The notes below the pieces were generated by a model, which worked only from the letters and a program-made list of their open reading frames with translations, searched no databases and was not told the origin of the DNA. A stretch of DNA of 64,000 nucleotides, from contig CAVSGP010000004.1 in NCBI GenBank assembly GCA_963727505.1, forward strand, positions 384,001 to 448,000, written 5' to 3'. Below are positions 31,067 through 41,065 of the stretch, piece after piece. The position numbers were made by a program, and so were the translations under genes. Origin of the DNA: an uncultured Trueperaceae bacterium. Lineage in GTDB: Bacteria > Deinococcota > Deinococci > Deinococcales > Trueperaceae. Positions within the stretch are counted from its first letter, which is position 1, and each line of letters starts with the position of its first letter.

Positions 31067-32378
31067 CGTCGCCATCGTTGGCCGCCCCAACGTAGGCAAG
31101 TCGAGCCTGTTCAACCGGCTGGTGGGCCGGCGCGAGGCGATCGTCGCCGATCAGCCCGGTGTCACCCGCGACGTCAAGGAAGCCGACGTCGTCACCGACG
31201 AGGGTCGCGTCTTCCGGCTGCTCGACACCGGCGGCCTGTGGTCGGGCGACGTGTGGGAACAGCCGGTGAAGCGCCGCATCGAGGCCGCTATCGCCGGCAC
31301 CGACCTGGTGCTCCTGTGTGTCGACGGCCGCTTCGGCGTCAGCAACGCCGACCACGAGGTGGCCTCCTGGCTGCGTTCGCTGGGCAAGCCGGTGTTGCTG
31401 GTGGCCACCAAGATCGACGATCCGCGCCACGAGGAGGCGGCCGAGCTGTTCGAGCTCTACGCGCTCGGCTTCGGGACTCCGCTGGCGGTCTCGGCGCTGC
31501 ACGACCGCGGCACCTACGAACTCCTCGACGCCGTCCTCGAGCATCTTCCGAGCGAGGCCGAGGAGGCCGAGGAGGAGGCGGTGCGCGTCGCCATCATCGG
31601 TCGCCCGAACGTCGGCAAGTCGAGCCTGCTGAACGCCCTGATCGGCAGCGAGCGGGTGATCGTGGCCGACGAGCCCGGAACCACGCGCGACAGCGTCGAC
31701 GTGCGCTTCGCCTTCGCGGGTCGGCCGTTCGTGCTGGTCGACACCGCCGGCATCCGCCGCAAGGCCGAGGTCGACGTCGAGTATTACGCCCGACTGCGCT
31801 CCGAGAGTGCGCTGCGGCGCTCCGACGTCGCCATCCTGGTGGTCGACCCGTTCGAGTTCGGCGACCACGAGATGCGCCTGGCGAACCTCGCTTTGAGCTG
31901 GGGCAAGCCGGTGGTGCTGGCGATCAACAAATGGGACCTGGTCACCGATGAGGAGCTGGAGCCCCTGCGTCGCGACATCGACCAGGCGCTGAGTCACCTG
32001 GATTTCGCGCCGCGCGTCTACACCAGCGCGGTGACCGACTTCGGGTTGCACGAGTTGCTCGCCACCGCCATCCGGTTGTACGACACGGCGCGCCGGCGAG
32101 TGCAGACCAGTGCCATGAACGCCTTCCTGGAGGTGTGGACGCAGCGCCAAACACCACCCAACTTCAAGGGTCGCTCCCTGAAGCTGCTGTACGCCAGCCA
32201 GGTCACGGTGGCGCCGCCCACGTTCGTGTTCTCGGTCAACAGCGAGCGCCTGCTGACGCGCGCCTACGAGCACTACCTGCGAAACCGCATCCGCGAGGAC
32301 CTGGGTTTCGGCGAGGTGCCCTTCCGCATGGTCTTCAAGGCCCGCAACAGCGGGGGCGGCAAGAAGGTGCGGGTGTGA
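31059..32378 (+). CDS. der: Ribosome biogenesis GTPase Der (EngA)
   Basis: Two GRPNVGKSS G-domains, DTGG/DTAG, NKWD, C-terminal PPTF..RN.IRE; TTG start. Confidence 0.95.
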   Translation: MASVAIVGRPNVGKSSLFNRLVGRREAIVADQPGVTRDVKEADVVTDEGRVFRLLDTGGLWSGDVWEQPVKRRIEAAIAGTDLVLLCVDGRFGVSNADHEVASWLRSLGKPVLLVATKIDDPRHEEAAELFELYALGFGTPLAVSALHDRGTYELLDAVLEHLPSEAEEAEEEAVRVAIIGRPNVGKSSLLNALIGSERVIVADEPGTTRDSVDVRFAFAGRPFVLVDTAGIRRKAEVDVEYYARLRSESALRRSDVAILVVDPFEFGDHEMRLANLALSWGKPVVLAINKWDLVTDEELEPLRRDIDQALSHLDFAPRVYTSAVTDFGLHELLATAIRLYDTARRRVQTSAMNAFLEVWTQRQTPPNFKGRSLKLLYASQVTVAPPTFVFSVNSERLLTRAYEHYLRNRIREDLGFGEVPFRMVFKARNSGGGKKVRV

Positions 32379-32388
32379 GCATGCGTGT

Positions 32389-33111
32389 TCAGGTGCGCTC
32401 GGCGTGCAACGTCACCCGGAGGTTGCCGCGCCGCGTCTGCCCCTCGACCCGCACGATCCGGAAGCGCCCCAGCCCCTCGGCGTAGACCTCGTCGCCCGGC
32501 CCGGCGGTGGCCCCCTTGTCGGCGCGCTTGCCGTTGAGCCGCACGCGGCCGGCAGCGACCCCCTTGGCGAAGTAGCTGCGCGAGACCCGGAAGGCCTTGC
32601 CGCCGAGCACGTCCACACGCAGCGACGGCACCACCACCTCGAGCTCGCGCTCGCTGCCGCCGGCCACGCGCTCGATCGGCACCACGAGCGGGGTGACCTG
32701 CCGACCGGCGATCCGCTCGAGCGCAAGCAGCAGCTCGGGCGGTGGCGCCAGCGTGATCAGAGAACTGCCGTCCTGGTGGCGCACGGCGTCGCCCAGAGCG
32801 GCCGCTTCGACACCGGCCGCGCGTGCCGCCACTCGCAGCGCGTCGGGGTCCTCGACGCCCTCGAAGTACACGGCCGCCATCGCCACCGTCGCCTCCGGTA
32901 CGTGTTCGGGGTAGGCCACGACGACCCGCCGGCGCGCGGCGCTGACGCCGCCGTCGACGGTGACCGAGACCCCCGCACCGTGGAGCGCTGCGACCAGGGC
33001 GTCGGCGTCGGGAGGCTCGAGGAAGCCCGTGTGCGCGACGCGGCCGCCGCGCGCGGCGCTGGCGAGCGCCTCGGCATCGGCAGGCGCCGGGGAGCCCCGT
33101 CCCTTCGCCAC
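32389..33111 (-). CDS. S4-domain RNA-binding protein (YlmH-like)
   Basis: TGFL.P at N-terminus; SLRVD..SRS..V.LNG..GLGRF..TRRG. Confidence 0.8.
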   Translation of the reverse strand: MAKGRGSPAPADAEALASAARGGRVAHTGFLEPPDADALVAALHGAGVSVTVDGGVSAARRRVVVAYPEHVPEATVAMAAVYFEGVEDPDALRVAARAAGVEAAALGDAVRHQDGSSLITLAPPPELLLALERIAGRQVTPLVVPIERVAGGSERELEVVVPSLRVDVLGGKAFRVSRSYFAKGVAAGRVRLNGKRADKGATAGPGDEVYAEGLGRFRIVRVEGQTRRGNLRVTLHAERT

Positions 33112-33118
33112 GCCGCCG

Positions 33119-33748
33119 CTAGCGGACGTCGACGATGTCGATGGAGGCAGCCTTCAAGCGATCGGGGAAGCCGTCGGCGTCCTCGCCGGTCACGCGGATC
33201 ACCAGCCGGCGCCGGTGCCCGGTCTGCACGCCGGTCGTCACGGCCGCGATGATGTTGGACGGAGGCGCCGCCTCCGCCACCCGCGCCAGCACGCCGGGTT
33301 CGTCGGGAAGGTCGACGGTCACCCGGATGCCGCCCTCGCGCATGCCCAGGAAGGACACGAACGCCCGCATCAGGTCGGTGATGGTGACGATCCCGGTGAG
33401 GTCGTTCCCCGACAGGACCGGCAACCCCGAAACCCGGTGCTCCTCCATCAGCAGCGCGGCATGCTCGATGGGGTCGTCGCCCCGCACCGTGATGACGGGC
33501 GCCTTCATGACGTCCTTGACGAGGAGCTTGCTGAGCAGGTAGTTGAGCTCGTAGACCGACAGGGTGGTCGCCTTCGAAGGCGTGGCCTCCTTGAGGTCGC
33601 GGTCGGTGACGATCCCGATGAGCTTGCCGTCGCGGGTGACGGGGAGACGCCGGAAGCCGCCCTCGCGCAGACGCTGCATGGCTTCCATCACGGGCGTGTC
33701 GGCGGTGACAGTCTTGGGGTTCGGGGTCATCCACTCACGAACAAGCAT
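33119..33748 (-). CDS. CBS-pair + ACT-domain protein (AcuB-like)
   Basis: VREWMT, RRLPV..GIVTDRDL, LPDEPGVLA; GGAGG RBS. Confidence 0.88.
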   Translation of the reverse strand: MLVREWMTPNPKTVTADTPVMEAMQRLREGGFRRLPVTRDGKLIGIVTDRDLKEATPSKATTLSVYELNYLLSKLLVKDVMKAPVITVRGDDPIEHAALLMEEHRVSGLPVLSGNDLTGIVTITDLMRAFVSFLGMREGGIRVTVDLPDEPGVLARVAEAAPPSNIIAAVTTGVQTGHRRRLVIRVTGEDADGFPDRLKAASIDIVDVR

Positions 33749-33834
33749 GCCTTCCTCCTTGCGGACCTTTCCAAGGATAGCACCCTCAAGCGCAGGAACG
33801 CCGGGCCTGACGGGACGCATGCCAGAATGGGCAC

Positions 33835-34986
33835 ATGCACCCCAGCGAAGCGGGCGCCGCGAAACGCATCGTCGTGCTCGGCTCCACCGGATCGATCGGT
33901 CTTCAGACCCTGGACGTCGCGCGCTGGCAAGGATACCGGCCGGTGGCGCTAGCGGCGCGGCGCAATGCCGAGGCGCTCGTGGCGCAGGCCGCCGAGTTCC
34001 GACCCGAGCTGGTGGTGTGCGATGCCGATGTGGCCGCGCAGGTGGCGCCGCACCTGCCGGGCGGCACCCGCCTCGCGACCGGCGTCGAGGGCCGGGTCGA
34101 GGCCGCCGTGCTGGAAGCCGACGCCGTCGTGGCGGCCATCCCAGGCTTCGACGGGCTCGAGCCCACCGCCGCCGCCCTGCGCGCCGGACGCCACGTGGCG
34201 CTGGCCAACAAGGAGGCGATGGTCATCGCGGGCCCGCTGATGTGGGAGCTGGCTAGAGCTAGCGGCGCGCGCATCACACCCGTCGACTCCGAGCACTCGG
34301 CGCTGTTCCAGGTGCTCGTGGGCGAGCCCCGGAGTGCGGTGCGCACGCTGGTGCTGACGGCGTCGGGAGGGCCTTTCCGCGAGGGGCCCGCCGACCTCTC
34401 GCAGGTCACGCCGGAGCAAGCTCTGCGCCATCCCACCTGGTCGATGGGACGCAAGGTGACGATCGACTCGGCGACGCTGTTCAACAAGGGGTTGGAGGTG
34501 CTGGAGGCGCACTTCCTCTTCGACCTGCCTCTGGACGCCATCGAGGTCGTCGTGCACCCGCAGTCGCTGGTGCACGGCCTGATCCGGTTCACCGACGGCA
34601 GCATCAAGGCACAGCTCGGCCCGCACGACATGCGCCTCCCGATCCAGTATGCGCTCACAGCCCCCGACCGGCCGCCGACCCCGCTCCCTCCCCTGCCCCT
34701 GGTCGGCAGCTGGGAGTTCGCGCCCCCCGACCTGGAACGCTTCCCCAGCCTGCGCATCGCCTACCGCGCCGGCGAGCTCGGCGGCCTCGCGCCCGCCTAC
34801 CTCAACGCGGCCGACGAGGTGGCGGTGACCCGCTTCCTCGCCGGCGCGCTGCGCTTCACCGACATCCCGCGCCTGCTCGAGGCCGTCCTGGAGGAAGCGC
34901 CGGCCGGGGCGCTCGGCTGGGGCGCGCTCGCCCAAGCCGATGCCACGGCGCGCTCGCTGGCCGAGGCCTGGCACCCGCACGCCTGA
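33835..34986 (+). CDS. dxr: 1-deoxy-D-xylulose-5-phosphate reductoisomerase
   Basis: [40 protein letters not shown]. Confidence 0.96.
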   Translation: MHPSEAGAAKRIVVLGSTGSIGLQTLDVARWQGYRPVALAARRNAEALVAQAAEFRPELVVCDADVAAQVAPHLPGGTRLATGVEGRVEAAVLEADAVVAAIPGFDGLEPTAAALRAGRHVALANKEAMVIAGPLMWELARASGARITPVDSEHSALFQVLVGEPRSAVRTLVLTASGGPFREGPADLSQVTPEQALRHPTWSMGRKVTIDSATLFNKGLEVLEAHFLFDLPLDAIEVVVHPQSLVHGLIRFTDGSIKAQLGPHDMRLPIQYALTAPDRPPTPLPPLPLVGSWEFAPPDLERFPSLRIAYRAGELGGLAPAYLNAADEVAVTRFLAGALRFTDIPRLLEAVLEEAPAGALGWGALAQADATARSLAEAWHPHA

Positions 34987-35015
34987 AGCGCACGCCCGAG
35001 GCGCACGCCTGAAGC
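34977..35015. repeat. Tandem repeat, 13-bp unit GCACGCCYGARGC, three copies
   Basis: Units at 34977, 34990 and 35003, spanning the dxr stop codon. Confidence 0.8.
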
Positions 35016-35062
35016 GCGCCGGAGCCGCAGACCGCGCCCTTCCCCATGCCCTATCGTGGAGC

Positions 35063-36274
35063 ATGTTCCGGCACGCGCTTCGCCTGCCGTTCAGGCTGCT
35101 GGGCATCCCCGTCAGCCTGGACACCTCGTTCCTGCTGGTGCTGCCGCTGTTCGCCTACCTGATCGGCTCGCAGATCGCCGGCTACGTGGCGCTGTTCCAG
35201 CGCGTCGGCGTCGCCATCGACGGCGCAGCGCTGCAGCACGGCGCCACCCCCTACCTGCTGGGACTCGTCGGCGCCCTGGGCCTGTTTCTGAGCGTGCTCG
35301 TCCACGAGCTGGGTCACGCCGTCGTTGCGCGCGCCTACGGCGTCGAGGTGAAAGAGATCACGTTGTGGTTCCTCGGAGGCGTCGCCCAGTTCACCGCCAT
35401 GCCCCGCCAGCGCGGCGCCGAGGCGGTGGTGGCGATCGTCGGTCCCATCACGAGCGCGCTGTTGGCGCTGCTCGCGGGGCTCTCCTGGCAGCTCGCGGGC
35501 GGCCACGACGCGACGCTCTTCGTCCTCACCTACCTGAGCGTCACCAACGCCGGGCTGGCGCTGTTCAACCTGCTGCCGGCCCTGCCGCTCGACGGCGGGA
35601 GGGTGCTTCGCTCCCTGCTGGCGCTCGCCATGCCGCACCTCCGGGCCACGCGCGTGGCGGGCTCGGTCAGCATCGTCATCGCCGTCCTCCTCGGCATCTA
35701 CGGCTTCTTCTCGCTCAACCTCTTCCTCATCGTGATCGCCTTCTTCGTGTACAACGCCGGCCGCGCCGAGACGCGGGCCGCCATCGTCAACGACGCCTTC
35801 GAGGGCTTCCGCGTGCGCGACCTGATGACCCCGGACCCTGTCACGGTGGGGCCGGATATGGCGCTTGCGCAGTTCGCTCAGCTCATGTTCTACCGCCGCC
35901 ACACCGGCTACCCGGTGGTGGACGACGCCGGTCGGTTGCTCGGCTTCGCCCGACTCCAAGACGCACGCGGGGGCGACGCGGCCCGGGGCGACGCGGCCGT
36001 GGGCAAAGCGACCGGGACGGTCGCCGCCGGGGCCGTTTCAGCCGGGATCGTGGCGGACGTGATGGTGCGGGCAGAGACGATCGCACCGGAAGCCGAGGCC
36101 AACGACGCCCTGCGCCGCATCGGAGAGGGGGAGATCGGGCGCCTGGCCGTCGTGGACGCGACCGGCACCCTGCTTGGGGTGCTCAGCAAGACCGATCTGA
36201 TCCGGCGCCTGCGCGAGCACGGCGAGTCCGGAGACGCCGCGGGTTGGGGCGGGACAGCCGGCCGTCGAGGCTGA
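35063..36274 (+). CDS. Site-2 protease (M50, SpoIVFB-like) with CBS domains
   Basis: HELGH, FNLLPALPLDGGR, C-terminal CBS pair; TATCGT 5 nt upstream. Confidence 0.9.
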   Translation: MFRHALRLPFRLLGIPVSLDTSFLLVLPLFAYLIGSQIAGYVALFQRVGVAIDGAALQHGATPYLLGLVGALGLFLSVLVHELGHAVVARAYGVEVKEITLWFLGGVAQFTAMPRQRGAEAVVAIVGPITSALLALLAGLSWQLAGGHDATLFVLTYLSVTNAGLALFNLLPALPLDGGRVLRSLLALAMPHLRATRVAGSVSIVIAVLLGIYGFFSLNLFLIVIAFFVYNAGRAETRAAIVNDAFEGFRVRDLMTPDPVTVGPDMALAQFAQLMFYRRHTGYPVVDDAGRLLGFARLQDARGGDAARGDAAVGKATGTVAAGAVSAGIVADVMVRAETIAPEAEANDALRRIGEGEIGRLAVVDATGTLLGVLSKTDLIRRLREHGESGDAAGWGGTAGRRG

Positions 36275-36358
36275 AGGGCTGCATCGGTACGGCAGTCCAC
36301 CGTGCGGCGGGCCGACCTCTGCCATACTGACCTCAGGGCGAGACGCCCGGAGTCCTCC

Positions 36359-37450
36359 ATGCTCACAGCCATCACCTTCATCCTCATCCTGTTCACCGCG
36401 GTCCTGGTGCACGAAGGGGCGCACTTCGTAAACGCCCGGAGCGTCGGCGTGCCGGTGCGCGCGTTCAGCATCGGGATGGGGCCGGTCGTGTGGCGCCGAC
36501 GCTGGCGCGGCACCGAGTGGCGCATCGGGATCTTCCCCCTCGGCGGCTACGTGGATCTCCCGGGCATGGCGCCCAAGGTCGACGAGAACGGCAACCTGCA
36601 GCACCCGGACGAGGGCATCGCCAAGAAGAAGCTGGGGCCGAAGCTGTGGGTCCTGGTGGGCGGCATCCTCGCCAACTTCGTACTGGGAGTGGCCCTGCTC
36701 ACCACGGCCGTGATGCTCCAGCCCGGTTACCGGAGCTTCACCACCGGCGCCGACGTCGGTCGCGGGAGTTCCGTGCTGAGCGTCGTGGATGGGTCTCCCG
36801 CGGCTCAGCTCGGCCTCCGGGCAGGCGACCAGATCGTCGGGATCAACGGCATCAACGACCCCACGCCGCAACAGGTCGTGCAGACGATCCACGGCGCCAG
36901 CGAGCTCACCCTCACACTCGTCAACGACGGCAAGCGCCGCACCGTGACCACGCCCTGGCCCCCCACCGGGCCCAACGCGCTGACCGACGCCAACGGCCAG
37001 GCGCTGCTCGGCGTGAACGTGGCTCCCATCTTCGAGGGGGTCTCCGCGCCGCAAGCGCTCGTCGAGTCGACCTGGTTCGGCGTGCGCGTGATCCCCGAGA
37101 TGGTTCGAGGCTTCGCGCAGGGCTTCGCCGCCGCCATCACCGGCAAGCAGAACAACGAGGTGGCAGGACCCGTCGGCATCGTGGGGATGGTCAACCAGGC
37201 CACGCACGTTGGCATCGCGTCGGTGCTGTTCCTGGCCGCCATCATCAACTTCTCGCTGGCAGTGTTCAACGTGCTCCCGATCCCCGGCCTCGACGGCGGA
37301 CGCATGCTCCTGGCGGGCGTTGTCGCCCTCCGGGGCCGACCCTTCAAGCCCGGCCAGGAGGAACAGCTCCACTTCATCGGCATCATGGCCGTCCTGGCGT
37401 TGATCGTCCTCGTCACCGTCCATGAGATCAGCGGCCTCCTCCGCGGCTGA
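36359..37450 (+). CDS. rseP: RIP metalloprotease RseP (M50 + PDZ)
   Basis: HEGAH, FSIGMG, PLGGYV, GSPA PDZ, NVLPIPGLDGG. Confidence 0.88.
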   Translation: MLTAITFILILFTAVLVHEGAHFVNARSVGVPVRAFSIGMGPVVWRRRWRGTEWRIGIFPLGGYVDLPGMAPKVDENGNLQHPDEGIAKKKLGPKLWVLVGGILANFVLGVALLTTAVMLQPGYRSFTTGADVGRGSSVLSVVDGSPAAQLGLRAGDQIVGINGINDPTPQQVVQTIHGASELTLTLVNDGKRRTVTTPWPPTGPNALTDANGQALLGVNVAPIFEGVSAPQALVESTWFGVRVIPEMVRGFAQGFAAAITGKQNNEVAGPVGIVGMVNQATHVGIASVLFLAAIINFSLAVFNVLPIPGLDGGRMLLAGVVALRGRPFKPGQEEQLHFIGIMAVLALIVLVTVHEISGLLRG

Positions 37451-37463
37451 GACGGCTGCTGAG

Positions 37464-38144
37464 GTGGCGGCGGCCCCTGACACCGGGCCACATGCCGTCA
37501 GCTCGCGCTGCGCCGTGGTCGTTCCCGCGTTCAACGAGGCCGAGGGCGTCGCCAAGGTGGTGGCGGCCGCGCTCTCGAGCGAGGTCGGACCGGTCTGGGT
37601 CGTCGACGACGGCTCGACCGACGGCACCGCCGACATCGCCCGCGCCGCCGGGGCCCGCGTGCTCGAGCTCGGCAGGAACGTGGGCAAGGGAGGCGCGCTG
37701 CTCGCCGCCGCCCAGACGCTCGACGCGGACGTCCTGGTCCTGCTCGACGCCGATCTGGTCGGCCTGGAACCCTCCCACGTGCGCGCCCTGGCCGAACCGG
37801 TGCTCAGCGGCCACGCCGACATGACGCGCGGCGTCTTCCGCGGCGGCCGCTGGCGGACGACCGCGGCGCAGCTCCTCACCCCCCAGCTCAACGGACAACG
37901 GGCCCTCAGGCGCACGAGCTTCCTTGCCGTGCCCGGCATCGGCGCCAGCCGCTACGGCGTGGAGGTCGTCATCGGCGAGCACGCGCGTCGCGGCGGCTGG
38001 CGCTGCCGCGACGTTGCACTCGAGGGGGTGTCGCAGATCATGAAGGAGGAGAAGCGGGGCTGGCTGGCCGGTCTGTCGACACGCGCCAGCATGTACCGCG
38101 ACATCCTGCGCGCCCTGCTGCACGGCCGCGGTGACGGGACGTGA
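37464..38144 (+). CDS. Family 2 glycosyltransferase
   Basis: VPAFNE, VDDGSTD, GKG, DAD; start codon uncertain. Confidence 0.82.
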   Translation: MAAAPDTGPHAVSSRCAVVVPAFNEAEGVAKVVAAALSSEVGPVWVVDDGSTDGTADIARAAGARVLELGRNVGKGGALLAAAQTLDADVLVLLDADLVGLEPSHVRALAEPVLSGHADMTRGVFRGGRWRTTAAQLLTPQLNGQRALRRTSFLAVPGIGASRYGVEVVIGEHARRGGWRCRDVALEGVSQIMKEEKRGWLAGLSTRASMYRDILRALLHGRGDGT

Positions 38145-38767
38145 TCGTCGAGCGGCACCCGGTGGGGGCGCTCCAAGCGAACGCCTACGTCCTGGTGGAG
38201 GACGGCCACGCCGTGGTCATCGATCCCGGCGACGAGCCCGGGCGCCTGCTCGCCGCCCTCGACCGGCACGGCGCCACTCTCGACGCGGTGTGGCTCACCC
38301 ACGCGGACTTCGATCACGTCGGTGGGCTGGCGGGACTGCTGGAGGCGCGGCGTGTGCCCGTGTACCTCCACCCTGGCGAGGGTCCGCTGCTGGCCTCTGC
38401 GGCCGGCCAGGCGGCCAGCTGGGGCCTGTTCATCGCGCAGCCTCCCACCGACACCGAGCCGCTCGCGGACGACATGCAACTCTCGCTGGCTGGCATCGTC
38501 GCTCGCTGCCTGTTCACGCCGGGCCACAGTCCGGGGCACATCGCCTTCCATCTGCCGAGCGAGGATCTGGTGCTGACGGGGGACGCCCTCTTCCGCGGCT
38601 CGATCGGACGCACCGACCGGCCCTTCGGCAACACCGACGACCTGCTGAAGTCGATCCGCGAACGGCTGCTGGTCCTGCCCGACGAGACCCGTGCCCTGCC
38701 TGGGCACGGGCCCGAGACCACCATCGGGTTGGAGAAGCGCAGCAACCCCTTCCTGCTCGATCGTTGA
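38141..38767 (+). CDS. MBL-fold metallo-hydrolase (glyoxalase II-like)
   Basis: THADFDH, TPGHSPG, GDALF, PGHG. Confidence 0.88.
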   Translation: MIVERHPVGALQANAYVLVEDGHAVVIDPGDEPGRLLAALDRHGATLDAVWLTHADFDHVGGLAGLLEARRVPVYLHPGEGPLLASAAGQAASWGLFIAQPPTDTEPLADDMQLSLAGIVARCLFTPGHSPGHIAFHLPSEDLVLTGDALFRGSIGRTDRPFGNTDDLLKSIRERLLVLPDETRALPGHGPETTIGLEKRSNPFLLDR

Positions 38768-38816
38768 GCGCGCCGGCCCTTCCGCGGCGGCCCGTGCGCG
38801 GCGGTCTTCGTTCGCG

Positions 38817-40091
38817 CTACTCGCGCTCGAGCCGCGCCTCGATGGCGCGTGCGTGTGCCTCGAGCCCCTCGGCGCGGGCCATGCGCGCGGCGGCGGGACC
38901 CACCTCCGCCACCGTGGCGGGTCCCAGCGCCACCAACGGGATCACCTTCTGGAAATCGCGTACGTTCACGAAGCTGGCGTAGCGCGCGGTCCCCGAGGTC
39001 GGCATGACGTGGCTGGGGCCGGCGAGGTAGTCGCCGAGCGCCTCCATGCTGTACTCGCCAACGAACAGGCCCCCCGCGTTGACGACCTCCGGCACGAGCG
39101 CCCAGGGGTCGCGAACCAGCAGGCACAGGTGCTCCGGCGCGTAGGCGTTGGCGACGGCGATCCCATCCGAGAGGTCGTCCACGATCACGATCACTCCGCG
39201 CTCGTCGACGGACTCCTGTGCCGCCACGGCGGTGGGAAGCGATGCGATGGCGGCCGGCAGCGCCGCCTCCACCGCCCGCGCCAGCCGCCGGCTCGGCGTG
39301 ACGAGCACCGGCTGCGCGCCCAGGTGCTCGGACTGCGCCAGTAGATCCGCCACCACGTGGCGTTCGTCGGCCCCGTCGTCGGCCAGCACCAGGGTCTCGG
39401 TGGGCCCTGGAAGCGACTCCACACCCACCCGGCCGAACACCTCACGCTTGGCCGTGACCACGTACCGGTTGCCCGGCCCCACAACCTTGTCGACCGGCTC
39501 GATGCTGGCGGTGCCGTAGGCCAGTGCAGCGATGGCCTGCGCACCCCCCATCCGGTAGACCTCCTTCACGCCGAGGATCGACGCGGCGAACAGGATCTCG
39601 GGCGCGACGCTACCGTCGCGGCGCGGCGGAGTCGCCACCACGATGTCGCGCACGCCCGCCACCCGAGCCGGCACGGCGGTCATGAGCAGACTGCTGAACA
39701 GCGGCGCCGTGCCCCCAGGCACGTAGCAGCCGACACGCGCCAGCGGCCTCACGAGCTGCCCGAGCAGAGCGCCGGGCTGCTGCTCGAGGAAGCCGCTCGA
39801 CGGCTGCTGCTCGTAGTAGGCGCGCACGCGGGCCGCGGCCAGCCGGATCGCCTGTGCGAGCTCCGCGGGGATACGGTCCTCGGCGGCGTCGATGTCCTCG
39901 GCCGGGACCGCCAGGCCGGGGGGACGCACGCCGTCCAGGCGCTCCGTGATGGCGAGCACCGCGTCGTCGCCGCCGGCGCGCACCTCCTCGATGAGGGCGC
40001 GGACGCGGGCCGAGACCTCGCGGTCGACGGTCTCGACGGCGCGTCCTCGGAACGCGTCCAGCGCAGCTTCCAGGGATTCGATCCAGCGCAT
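38817..40091 (-). CDS. hisD: Histidinol dehydrogenase
   Basis: YVPGG, GPGNRYV..AK, GPTE, QSEH, PEHL, GDY.AGPSHVMPT; TATGAT 7 nt upstream. Confidence 0.95.
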   Translation of the reverse strand: MRWIESLEAALDAFRGRAVETVDREVSARVRALIEEVRAGGDDAVLAITERLDGVRPPGLAVPAEDIDAAEDRIPAELAQAIRLAAARVRAYYEQQPSSGFLEQQPGALLGQLVRPLARVGCYVPGGTAPLFSSLLMTAVPARVAGVRDIVVATPPRRDGSVAPEILFAASILGVKEVYRMGGAQAIAALAYGTASIEPVDKVVGPGNRYVVTAKREVFGRVGVESLPGPTETLVLADDGADERHVVADLLAQSEHLGAQPVLVTPSRRLARAVEAALPAAIASLPTAVAAQESVDERGVIVIVDDLSDGIAVANAYAPEHLCLLVRDPWALVPEVVNAGGLFVGEYSMEALGDYLAGPSHVMPTSGTARYASFVNVRDFQKVIPLVALGPATVAEVGPAAARMARAEGLEAHARAIEARLERE

Positions 40092-40221
40092 GCCGGCCAT
40101 CATACCGGTGCGCGGCGCCTCGCCGGGACCCTCCCCGACCCGGACGTCAAGCGCCTGCCCGGCGGGGCGCCGGCGGCCGACACTCCCTTCCGACGGGATG
40201 CGTGCCGGCCAGCCGCCGATG

Positions 40222-40887
40222 CTAGGCGGGCACGACCGTCGGCGGGGAGGGCGTGGCAATGCCTTCCAGCGTGAGGGTCAACGCCTTGCGCAGCTCTTCG
40301 CGAATCGAGCGGTCCTGTCGGTAGGCCGCCCATTGCATGGCGGTGATGAAGTAGACGTTCTCCAGCGTCCGGACCAGGCGCTCGCGCGAGTAGTCGTCGC
40401 GCACGGTGCCCGCTCTGCGCGCCCGCGTCAACACGTCGCGCAGCAGGTCACCCAGAGGCAGGGCCAGATAGGCTCGGCGCGAGCGTTCGGGGTCGGGGTT
40501 GAGCAGCTCGTAGCTGAGCGGCAGCACCAGCCCGCGGTGGGCCTCGACGAAGGCAGCGAGGGCGTCGAAGAGGAAGGTGAGCTCGGCCAGTGGCCCCGTC
40601 CCGGGCCCGCCACCTGCGTCGTCGACCGAACTCCCGGCGTTTGCGCGGCGGCGCGCCAGCGCCTCTCGCAGCGCCTCCAGGTGCCTCCCGAAGTACTCGA
40701 TCAGGATCGCTTCCTTGTAGGGGAAGTAGTTGAACACCGTGCCCCGCGACACTCCGGCCGCGAGCGCGATGTCGCTGAACGTCGTCGCCTGGAAACCGCG
40801 CTCCTCGAACAGGCGCATGGCGCTCTCGAAGATGCGCTGGCGACGGTCCGCCTTCTTGCGCTCTCGGAGGCTCGCTGGGGACGACAC
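40222..40887 (-). CDS. TetR/AcrR-family transcriptional regulator
   Basis: RERKK..R..I, IA.AAGVSRGTVFNYFPYKE helix-turn-helix; TAAAGT 6 nt upstream. Confidence 0.92.
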   Translation of the reverse strand: MSSPASLRERKKADRRQRIFESAMRLFEERGFQATTFSDIALAAGVSRGTVFNYFPYKEAILIEYFGRHLEALREALARRRANAGSSVDDAGGGPGTGPLAELTFLFDALAAFVEAHRGLVLPLSYELLNPDPERSRRAYLALPLGDLLRDVLTRARRAGTVRDDYSRERLVRTLENVYFITAMQWAAYRQDRSIREELRKALTLTLEGIATPSPPTVVPA

Positions 40888-40990
40888 CTCTGCACTTTAC
40901 CCCGACCCCGGACCGCCCAGGCCGCGGCCCGTCGCAAGACCCTCGCGCGCCGGCCGCACGGAGCCCAGGCCGAACGCGTGGAGCCCGGCA

Positions 40991-41036
40991 AGCGAACGGC
41001 TCGGTTCGCCCCTGGGGGCGAACCGAGCCGTTCGCT
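40991..41036. terminator. 22-bp perfect inverted repeat downstream of rplT
   Basis: AGCGAACGGCTCGGTTCGCCCC-TG-GGGGCGAACCGAGCCGTTCGCT. Confidence 0.75.
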
Positions 41037-41065
41037 CGTTCCGACGCTGGTGGTTCAGACCCTGC

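Noticed and set aside
34977..35015. Possible CRISPR array (also the repeat at 1932-1959)
   Set aside because: Units are 11-13 bp with no spacers and no cas genes nearby.
35969..35998. 15-nt direct repeat in the M50/CBS gene
   Set aside because: Simple in-frame linker duplication (GDAAR/GDAAV).
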